This document shows positions 23,959 through 34,400 of a stretch of 64,000 nucleotides of DNA, one piece after another (the first letter of the stretch is position 1; every line of letters begins with the position of its first letter). The notes beneath the pieces were generated by a model. That model saw only the letters and a list, made by a program, of their open reading frames with translations. It searched no databases and was not told where the DNA came from. The stretch spans positions 69,752,001 to 69,816,000 of the forward strand of contig OZ076409.1 in NCBI GenBank assembly GCA_964187785.1, given 5' to 3'. Made by a program: the position numbers and the translations under genes. This DNA comes from Amphiscolops sp. MND2022. Its lineage: Eukaryota.

Positions 23959-24008
23959 GTGTCCCACTCAGGCTAAACACCGGTATTTATACCCCTGAGT
24001 GGATGACA
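23959..24008 (-). promoter_or_regulatory. TATA box within an inverted repeat (LTR promoter candidate)
   Basis: GTGTC-CCACTCAGG...CCTGAGTGG-ATGACAC arms enclosing TATAAATA (minus strand), ~125 bp upstream of the gag ATG; conserved at ~5544-5590 and ~8630-8677. Confidence 0.55.
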
Positions 24009-25224
24009 CCCTTATATTTCACATATTTCTAGTTAAGATTTATATTGTAATGCACATGATCTTTACATATCTTGGGAATTTATATGATAATGTTTCGAAA
24101 GGCATTCAAGTCATCAAACACCTCTAGTTACATACCTCACGTATTAGTGAGTAGCATCAAAGTACATATTTCAACAAAGTCCCAATTGGGAAATTCCTGA
24201 CATATACATGTTTCCCAGAAACGCAACATCAAACGATTAACATTTTGGTAGGTGTACATAGCGGTACTTCAAACAACATATTCATGAAAATATTATCATT
24301 CTATCGTCAACAAATTTTATTGCCCTTTGATGGAATGCAAAACTCGCATCACTGGTATGTTATGCTAGCACGTGCCACGACGCGACTACAAATCAACATT
24401 GAGGGAAGCAAATCAAACAATGCATGCACAGTCTATTTAAGATATCATCACACTATTGGAACAGAGTATTTTCTAAAAGTGGCCGAAACCGGCTACTATC
24501 CGTTTGGTCTTTACTAACAGGAAATAATAGTACGGTGAATGGCCCTATTCGGCCGAATATTAAAATGGGGCATGAAACTGCAAAAATGAGTATCCAATTA
24601 ACATGAAAGACACAATTATCCGATAACCAATTAAGTACATGTATGCTAGACAGTTTATCACTCACAAGTGCAAGACGGCCGGAACCGGCCATTTAACCAA
24701 AGTACCAAACAATAAAGGCAGAATTACGTCATGTGGCCTAATCCGGCCAATTAGTGAGTACGATAATAGCACCACCAAATGAGCGAACGTGATTGGTTAG
24801 CGTAACGAGCTCAACTGATGTTTCCGAATTTGGAGTTACGTTCACTGGAACTCGTTTCCGTTACGCTGCATAGCTGTTTTAATTGTTTCAATTGCTTACA
24901 TTGTTATACTGCACCTATGTATACTGTTATATGTATATTATAATGTATATTATTATAGTACCTTTGTAGACTAGTTATACTGTCTATTCTGATACATACC
25001 AGTCCAATCTTTCGATTGTAATTTTAACAGACTAATGCGTATACATATACAAATGGGAAAATTTAAAAACATCAATAAATGCAACATATTTAAAGCAACA
25101 AAGTAGTGTAAAACTTTGTTTAATTGTTCTTTTGGCTAATAAATGGGGAGTGTGCCGGACGCTGTCTCCTGTCCTTGTGCAGTCGTCGTGATCTTAGTGC
25201 CGTCACAGGCGGCAGCCTGCGACA

Positions 25225-25601
25225 ACAGTGAATTCTGAAAGTGAAGCATTTTGCAATCAAGTTAAGTTTAAACAAGAACAGATATGCTACACTTGCACGG
25301 TGCGTTCTGGTAACCAGTAAAATGAATGCTGACTTGCTAACTGGACAGTTGAGAAAGGTGGAAAGTGGTAAGGTGGAGATGTTCAGCATTAGCTTCTCTG
25401 AAAATAAAACTTGTAGCAAGCTCCGGAAAGGGAGACTTTTGAGAAATATAGAAGACATTGCATGTTTCGAAGCTAGGAACAAGATTCGTAAGATGTATGA
25501 ACAATTTCGTCAGTCAAAAGAACTCATTCATTTTTGTATTTCAACGGGATATAATTATTAACTTCTGATGTATGTTTAGTAAATCACGTTTAAAGGGAGG
25601 A
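25225..25601 (+). pseudogene. Ty1/Copia RNase H C-terminus and PPT (continuation of 3650-4861)
   Basis: KVKHFAIKL..VTSKMNADLLTGQL resembles the Copia KHIDI..V.T..Q.AD.LTK motif; purine run AAAGGGAGGA at ~25592-25601. Confidence 0.75.
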
Positions 25602-25604
25602 CCA

Positions 25605-25782
25605 CCCTGTCGCAAAACATCAAGAAATTGAAGAGGGAACCCCTTAGGATTTTTTTAATTGCGAAAAACAAATTTCGCAATGCCGAAAAAACTGAAAGTC
25701 TCTATTTTGGTCAGTTCGTGTGGATTGAAACAAAGAGTCGTTATAATAGTCGCGTTTCACTTCAGTAAGCGCCGAGTAAAAA
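25605..25782 (-). mobile_element. Diverged partial HINE family 1 copy
   Basis: GCCGAAAAAACTGAAAG internal motif and terminal TAGTCG...GCGCCGAGTAAAA hairpin. Confidence 0.5.
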
Positions 25783-27078
25783 CCACGTCCTGAACACACT
25801 ATTACTATTAGTACTAGTAATAATAGTAGTACAGTTATGGGGCAACTTTGATGTAACGCTTGGATAAAAATAATACCGAAAAATGAGATGCGCAAAAACG
25901 TTTCTGGCTCAATGTTAGAGAAATCTAACAAAGACTGTGAGCGTTGACTCAAGATACCTTCCTGAATATTCAGCTACCGTTTTATATTGAAACAGTATTT
26001 GTTTTGAAGCTTTTTGTATTGGGTTCTTTTCTGTTTGCTCCCTCACCTCAGTCAAAGTTAACTTCTACTTGACAAAGTTAAATTCTACTGTGACAGAAAA
26101 AGAAAGCTGTTGATTTCCTGATCAACAATGCGCGACTTCATGAGGAGAAATCGTGTGAAGAAAGTTTATAACTGGATCAAAAATTGTCACCTTGAAAGAA
26201 TTTTAAATGAATGTTACTGGTTTGGTTTTTAGTCTTTTTGTCCCAACATTTTCACTAATTTTTCAGACACGAAGCTCCTTTTGATATATAAGAAATAGTT
26301 CAACATCCTACAATGAGATTGAATTCCGGTTAATGAGGCATGTCTAAGCAGCGAGACGTAAAGATGTGATGAATAAAGTGAAACTCCATTTTAAATTAGG
26401 TTTTCTCCAGTTGACAGTAGCTAGATCACGTTGTCAAAGTTCTCAATCAAACCCAGTCATTGAGATATGTTTCAAAGTGAAAGTAAACCTCTCTGGACTC
26501 TATGAAGAAACATTATTCACTGAATCAGCTAATTTCACTCGCGAACACTTTAAAAGTGCATTTTTGCATTTTTTCTTGGGAAATGCATTTGACATAAAAA
26601 GTTACAGGAGCCAATGTTTCTCAGATTTTGATTGAAATTACAGCGATATTTTTGTTTTGAAACTGAAAGAAAATTTAAAAAAGAGATACCAAATGGCGTT
26701 GTGAGGGTAATTTGAGAAATTTTGGAACTTTCTGAACTTTGTTACGCAAAATCTAAAAAATAACTACTGGTCAGAAAAAATCTTCGTCCAACATTTTTGT
26801 ATCCATGACACCGTTTTTGAACTTTCATGGAAAACACTTTTACTGGAAATGTTTTCTTGAAATCGAAGCGCCAAATACAGCTGTAATTCAGTCAAAACAA
26901 TTTGTTGCCGGAAAAAAATTTCAGAAATTTGTAAGTTGTTATCATTTTGCGGTGTAAACTTTTAAGGCGTGATTTCAGATAAAGTATTAAAATCAAAATT
27001 TATAGATCTGAATCGAAGGTTTGTCCCAGGTGGTTTTTAAGATATAGAATGATGAATTTCTGATAACGACGGAAGTAA

Positions 27079-27220
27079 AAACAAGACGCCCGCTAAGCAC
27101 CGGGATATTTTCCTCCCTTTTCGCCTTCATCAACTGAGCCATTTTAAAATGAGGGGTCGGAAAATAACAACACAGATGATGATTTTCCTCCCCCATTTTA
27201 AAATGAGGGTCGGAAAATAA
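27079..27220 (-). mobile_element. HINE-like family 2 fragment (inverted homolog at 55890-56262)
   Basis: AACAAGACGCCCGCTAAGCACCGGGATATTTTCC is nearly the reverse complement of 56226-56259; CCATTTTAAAATGAGGG(G)TCGGAAAATAA x2. Confidence 0.55.
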
Positions 27221-28537
27221 AAAACGAAGCAATGTGTTCCAGCTTTGGTAATGTTTGTTTGAATTCAAATAAAAAATAAACCTGTAATTCTGATCAAAAA
27301 TTGACAACGTTTGGTTTCTTGGACTTTCGTGCCAATTGATTATGTAAAATTTATTGCAATTTGAAAGTTTTCGTCTGCTAAATTGAGTGTCTTTGCTTTC
27401 TGGTACCCTATTGTAGTATTCATTTCAACATTCATAAGTAGCAGTTTTGAATTTTCAAAATAAGCACTCATAGCAAATGCTCTTTTGCAGAAAGAACGTT
27501 TCCGCTAAGGTTAGTTTCATTTTTCAAAACACAGGAAAAGTAGACAAAATTGTTCAAAAAATGGTCCTTTTAGAGGTCTTATTCTCCTTTTTTGTCTTTT
27601 TTGACTTTTTCAATATATTTTCTGATATGAATCACGTTATATAATCAAACATATCGTCTTTCAAAGGCATTGCCGCGAACATCATCAACGAAATTGTCAC
27701 TTTACAGTTTTAGGCACGTTTTCTGAGAAAAAATCAAAGCTTTCTTTTTTTCACAATGTTGAGCAATTTCCTCTCTGAATCCTTGAAGTTGTCTACTGAG
27801 CTTGCATTAATAGTTTTCAATATTTACACAGAAAAAAAACATTGCAATTAAGTAAACATTAACAAAAGAATTAACAACGGTTGCTATTTAGCAATATAAT
27901 TGCAATCATTTAGCAGTCAAGCATACTCTCAATTTACGTTTCCTATAACCGCCAACCGCAATGTTTCTGACCTTTTGCGTAATATTTTGCACCACTCTCC
28001 AGAAAACAATCAAGTGAAAGCTTTCACACTTTTCATCTTCTGATGCCCTCAATCGTAGCACCAATATGATTAGGCAATTGCATGTTGGCGCCAACTTCGG
28101 CTAATTAAAATCAACTGGGGCCACTCCCAGAAACTTTGCTTTTGCTCTACAATTGCGAAGGTCGTGTGAAAAACCTCAGGAAATTGTACTCCTGTATGTT
28201 TTGAAAAACCAGACATTGTCCTGAGTCTTAACACGCTTTGGAATTGGAAAACATTTTGCGCTAAAGACTGAAAAAGGAATCAGAGGATTTTTGAATGCAC
28301 TTGATGTGAGCAAGGAGTTTTCATATCAGATAAAAGATAAGTTTGAATATTATGTGTACGTTTTTGTCCTCACAGCCCGTTTCTTGGAAAAAAAACACAA
28401 AGCATTCATCAATGTCATGATTTTCCTAATTCCGTCAGCTACATGTTAGCTTTAGAGTTCTATTAGTCGGTGCTTTTTTAACCACAAGGGCAGGGCCCGA
28501 CTGTTCAGAATATTTTAATCACTCTTTAGCAGGGGCA

Positions 28538-29077
28538 TTTTTAGTCGGCGCATTTTAGTAGAAAATGTGCCCGACTATTACAGTGGGTAGTTTTTTTTTT
28601 AGACACGAAAGGTCCACTTTTTGTTCATTTGTTCAACAACCTCCACAACTTCAAACCTCAACAACTCCAACCTCAGAAGCGTCCAAAACGAAAAGAAAAA
28701 ACAAAACAGACGTCCACAACCTCGAAATCACACTAAGGATCCCCACTTTTTTCGGAACTATGCGACTTTTTGAAACTTTTTGGATTGAAATTTTTTCCCC
28801 AAAGGGTCCCCCTTCAATTTTTTTTGATGTTTTGCAACACAATGGATGTCAAAAAATCGCAAAGGGTCCCCCCTTTTACATTTTTCGGCACTGTGATACT
28901 GTTCAAAAATGTCATTAAAAAAATTTTTCGGAAATTTTTTCATGTCTCCAAAGGGTCCCCCCTTCATTTTTTTAAAAATTTTTTGCAACCAGCTGGAGTT
29001 TCACAAAGCCCGAAGGGTCCCCCTTTTAAATTTTGAGCCTTAGATATGGCGGCGACTTTGGCCGTTCCCGGCTTGTT
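28538..29077 (+). mobile_element. Full-length HINE family 1 copy
   Basis: 5' hairpin TAGTCGGCGCATTTT-AGTAG-AAAATGTGCCCGACTA; internal AAGGGTCCCC repeats; 3' GCGGCGACTTTGGCCGTTCCCGGCTTGTT. Confidence 0.75.
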
Positions 29078-29852
29078 TAAACAAAGTCTCGGACTAATCA
29101 CCGTATAGTTTTGTTTTCTCAAGGCCACATAGTGTATCTGAATGATCCACTGTTTAATAAACCTTTTCAATATCTAAAAATGACCAAAGCGTTCTAAGAG
29201 GTCTTCCATTTGATTACTTTACCTTTTTACGAAGCTATATGAGATCAAATGATCCCTTTGGTTTTTCCGACATTGCGCGACATTTTTGGAAACTTTTGAT
29301 GCTTTTCTGAGAAATTGTTCTGAGGAAGCTCTGAGAAAAGTTCGACACTGCAGTCGAACCATGGTCAGGTGCGAACTTCCGGCCGGGAAGGCCATTTGAA
29401 GGAAAACAATCTTGAAAAAGGCGCACAATACTGAGAAAACATGAAGGGAGTCACTTTCCTCAATAATAGTCTGACAGTACCAAAAAACAGTTTTTCGATA
29501 TGGTTAAAATTGTGGAAGGAAAAGGGTTACTTTTCAACCCTGGATACATTTTGGAACTCGGGTTAAATTGAAGTATTGCAAAAAATTGTCGTTGAAATGC
29601 ATTTGGGTTGAATAATCAGTTTCTGACCAATTGTATTCTATAGACTAATGGACTACGACGCATTCGGTTACAACGAATTTTGTTTTGAAAACTTTTTGAA
29701 ACTATGACTTTTTTCGAAGCTAAAATCTTCATCGAAAAGCCCCTCGATTTTATTGTTTCCCGTTCAAGAAAACCGATATAGGCTAAAGATTCGCTTTTTG
29801 ATTTTGTCGGCACCATGGGATCTTCTACAACTTTCTGAAATCTAAATAGTTA

Positions 29853-30240
29853 TTATTTATTTTTTTTGAAAATGCGTTTTTTGAATCAATCCTGAGTGAG
29901 AGCACTGTAAGAAAATGTATATACGTTTTCTTAGAGTTGTTATACGGTGATATACCGCGTCCGAATTATTCGGTTCAATGAAGTGCCAATCAAACTGAAA
30001 ATGAACATATACCAACAAACTATAATTGTTCCTCTTTCTGTTTATACATATTTTTATACATATGTACACTAGATTAGTTTCGTAAGGAACCATTGTTGTT
30101 AACGTAAATTTACGATACAGTTTGGCATTAGAAAATAGAAATCAGTACTGACATTGTTTTATTATATCTTAACAAAGCAGAAATAGAACAAGAGTGCTTT
30201 CAGGATTGATTAAAAAACGCAGTTTTTCAAAATAATAAAT
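29853..30240. repeat. Imperfect palindrome (~65-bp arms) interrupted by the Gypsy B LTR
   Basis: TTGAAAATGCGTTTTTTGAATCAATCCTGA..AGCACTGTAAGAAAA versus TTTTCTTAGAGT|GCTTTCAGGATTGATTAAAAAACGCAGTTTTTCAA. Confidence 0.75.
29938..30190 (+). repeat. Gypsy B solo LTR (253 bp) with TSD AGAGT
   Basis: TGTT...AACA; AGAGT at 29933-29937 and 30191-30195; appears identical to 36612-36864. Confidence 0.9.
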
Positions 30241-31440
30241 ATAATCACAAACAAAATGTCTTAAAATGATAGCAGTATTGGTTCAAAAATTCCATGAAGC
30301 TATATTTGCGATCCTGGTTGAACCAAGATTAGACTTTTTAAAAAAAACATTGTTTCAGAGAGATCCAAGCCTTCGTTCTAACGTTGTTAAAGTTACAGTA
30401 TTTCAAAGTGAGCATTATTTGCAAAGTACAGAAACTATATTGAGCCTTAAAATGCGCAATATCTAGTTTCAATCTCCACTGAAAGAAATCTCCACTTCTC
30501 TTTTGGAAGTTTTGTATCGCATTGAGAAGCCGGATGATAAACCACAAACTCTAGAATCTAGTTTTTTTGTTTCTCTTCAAAGCACTTCAGGACGCACGGA
30601 GACGTCAAAATGTTACCTTCTGAATTGTAACCTTCCAAGGTGGTATTCTTTTCTGAGACGAGCTCTTTGCTAAATAGCTCTCTCCGAAGCCTTTTTAAAT
30701 ATCTAAAATGGAAATCCATGAGCAGTGACAAAAACGTATTTCAATTCCAGTTTTTTGTCTCAGAACATGGTAAAGCAAAATCTCATTTCAAACGTCGTAA
30801 AATGCACAGTTTATGAGAATGCTTTCACTTTTCAATTTTTGTACCATATTTGCTTTCTAAAAACCAAAATTGTTACTTGTCAGTTATTTTTGTTCAATTG
30901 ATGCTTTTTCAGAAAGCTTTTTGTGTATCTATTTGACCGCTAGAATTCTAAAGAAACCAAGGATAACTATCGCTCGATTGATTATGGGGGATATTTCGGC
31001 ACATTCAAAAATTCATGACTGATTTTGGCTTCAAATTGTGTTGAAAAATCATAAGCTCTTGAAATAGTCTTGAATTTTGCCGAGTTAAGATGTCGAGTTA
31101 AATGTATTAAACTTTTTCACAATTTTTTCAAATCAGGTCATTCCTGCCCGAATTTTTTTTCTGTCGGGAAACTAGATTTTTTCTGACTAATTCTTTTTAC
31201 AATCTAAAGTAAGAAAGTAAGTTAAAGAAACAGAAGGGATTAATACAGTGAAATGAAACGATACGAGGTTAGGATGACTATTCGTATGTAGATGTCTAAG
31301 CAGTTACATCAAACTCTTTACACAGTCTTCTTCTACCATATATGTATGGGATTGCATGCCTTCAGAATAGTAGCAGGTACTTGGAATGTTCTTTTTAGGT
31401 TGGCCATGAACATATTCGTTTCACACTCCCCCTCTTTGGA
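30191..31440. repeat. Duplicate of the Gypsy B 3' flank (36865-38110), including a Gypsy C LTR copy at 31205-31425
   Basis: Near-identical sequence with a few substitutions and small indels. Confidence 0.92.
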
Positions 31441-34400
31441 AGCAACAACAGACGGAAAGAAGATATTCACACCGAAACAATGGCTGGAACGATTCCGGCA
31501 ATACACAAAACGGAAATACAAAACGGACATTGCGGAATTGATCCGAGGAGAAGGCAGGACGCAAGCAGACTGGGCCACAAAAGAAAACCAAGTACAAGAC
31601 GATTTCATATGGGGTATTGGCCCAGAAGCTCTATACCAAATGACAAGAGCAGAGTACAAGACAGAACCGGACAAAATCGCAATCAAAGAATTAATTCGGC
31701 TATTCAACGAGTATTTTTTACCGAAAAGAAATACATATCACAACCGGCGAGAATTTTTCTGGACTAAACAAACAGAATCCGAAACACCAGAAGACTTCTG
31801 GCGAAGACTGATAGAAATCGAAAAAGAATGCAACTTCGAAAGCATAACAGACGAAGAATTACTCATTTCCAAATTTATGACCGCAATTACGGACAAGAAA
31901 CTCCGAGACAAATTAATGAAAGAAAAGAAACTCGAGATGAAAAAAGCGATAGAAATGATCAAGCAAAACACATACGAGAAGAAAAACAACAAAAACACAA
32001 TACCGGAAGCACTAATATCAAACCGAGAAAAAGAGATTAAAGAAGAACCGATACAGAGAATGTACAAATTTAACACACGACCGAGAAATAAATTCAACAA
32101 TAACAGACCATGTAGATTCTGCAATGCACCGAACTGGAACCAATCACACAAATGCCCAGCATTAGATCAGACATGCAATAATTGCGGAAAGAAGGGCCAC
32201 TTCGCCCGGGCATGCAGACAAAAAGATTATCACAAACGCAAAATACGGAATGTAACCGAGAACGAAGCCTCAACAATTGATGAAGAAAGCGACGAATCAG
32301 AATCGAGTATCTACAGAATTGAAAGAATAAACAGAATCGTCGACAAAAACAAATATTTAACAACGACAGTGAAAATCAACGGAACAGAGAAAGAATTTAT
32401 AATAGACACCGGATCACCAATATCGATAATGCCGGCGGATAAAACAATAGTGAAAGATACCGAAATCCAAAAAGTGAGACACCGGTACCAAGATGTAAAC
32501 AAGAACGAAGTAAAATTCCGGGGAAAGATACCGGTAGACATCGAATATGAGAACAACAAACAAAAGATGCAACTATTAATTACCGAACGAAATGACATAA
32601 CACCACTACTTAGAATGGACTGGTTAAAGAAATTCAAATTAACAATCGGCAACATCCGATTGGACGATAACAATCAATCAGAAAAGAGACAGATCGTAGA
32701 GAAATTTCCGGACTTGTTCAAGAATAACACAACCATAAAAGATGCTGAAATAAATATACAATTGAAACCGGGACATTATCCGGTAAAACAAAAAGCAAGA
32801 CCGATCCCTCTTCCTCTACAAGAAGCAGTCGGAAAAGAAATTGAAAAATTAACGAAATCCGGACACTTGGATAAAGAAAAACAAGTAGATGAAGACTGTT
32901 TTGTGTCACCGGTAGTGATAACTGTGAAAAACGATAAATCGGTAAAAATAGCACTCGATTCACGAAAACTGAATGACAGTTGCATCAAAGTCCGACCTCA
33001 CATGCCGAATATGGAAGAACTGCTGAACCAAATTTCGGTGGAGATAACAAAAGACCGAACGAAAGAATTAATGATGTCAAAAATACATCTTGATTATGCA
33101 TACGGTCAAATGATGTTATCGGAAGAAACAAGCAGACAATGTGTATTTGCATTTACCGGGGGAAATTTCAGCGGCTGCTACCGATTTAAAAAAGGATTGT
33201 ACGGATTAGCCGACATACCCACAATTTTTCAGGAAAAAATTGATCGAACACTGGAATATTGTACACCCGCATGGTTAGACGATATTATAGTAGTAACACG
33301 GGGAGACCGAAAAGATCACGAAAAGAAACTGTTCGATGTACTGAAGAAATTGGAAGATGCCGGTTATAGAGCAAGTGAGAAGAAATCCGAATTCTTTCAA
33401 AACAAAATGAAATGGCTCGGACATGAAATAGACGAAGAAGGAATAAAACCAAACAAAGAAAAAGTCAAAGCCAATCTGGATTTGAAACACCCGGAAAACC
33501 CGAAGCAATTAAAGTCGTTTCTCTTGGCAATACAGTACCTAGCAAAATTCCTACCGAGGCTGTCAGAAAGAACCGACAAATTACGAAAACTACTGAAGAA
33601 AAATACAGAATGGAAATGGGAAACGGAACAACAAAATGATTTTGAAATGATCAAAAAAATGCTCACCGAAGAACCGGCATTAGCACACTACGCAAAAGAC
33701 AAAGACAACATTGTATCAACCGACGCAAGCAAAACCGGTCTCGGAATAACATTATGGCAAAAACAAGCAGATGGAGAATTAAAACCGATAGCGTTCGGTA
33801 GTAGATTCCTTAATGACAGCGAAAAGAATTATTCGATCGGAGAACTTGAATTATTAGCAGTTGTATGGGGATTAGAAAAATTCCGTTTTTACTTATACGG
33901 GAAAAAGGTGTTTTTATACACCAATCACCAAGCATTAGAACCCCTAATTAAACGAAATAGATGTAACAAACAATACAGCGCAAGACTAACCAGATGGTTA
34001 GACCGGCTAGCACATTTTGATATCTCAATACAACATATAGCCGGAAGCAACTTGAAATTCACGGACTATTTAAGCCGCAATCCGGTAGAGGGCGCCACGA
34101 CCGAAAACACATACGATGAACAATACGTAATAAATACTCTCACGGAACAAGCCGAATTGAATTTGAAATACAGAAGAGTTTTCACAAACCAATTACAGCA
34201 CGCACCGAACGCAAAAATTACACACGACTGTGAATTGAGCGGCCAATCAGAAACGAATAGAACATTCGAGAAAAACCGACACGTGAACAAAACAAACGAA
34301 CGAACGGAAACCAGTCCAAATAGCGACGCGATAGAATTCAAACGCCAAGAAACTTTACCATTACATAATCATTTGAAACCAACAACAGCATCAATTGAAA

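Larger units (their letters stand above)
7987..25224 (-). mobile_element. Ty3/Gypsy LTR retrotransposon A (rearranged; long LTRs, accessory genes)
   Basis: TSD ACAGT at 7982-7986 and 25225-25229; TG...CA termini; gag-PR-RT-RH-IN order; Copia RNase H sequence resumes across the insertion. Confidence 0.85.
23276..25224 (-). repeat. Gypsy A 5'/solo LTR (1949 bp) with ACAGT on both sides
   Basis: TGTCATG...GCGACA; ACAGT at 23271-23275 and 25225-25229; contains CCAAT, TGACGT and TATAAATA motifs and the gag N-terminal ORF 23289-23861. Confidence 0.85.

Noticed and set aside
29938..31440. 1.5 kb direct repeats as the LTRs of element B
   Set aside because: TSD AGAGT and the AACA terminus delimit a 253-bp LTR; the remainder is duplicated flank containing another element's LTR.
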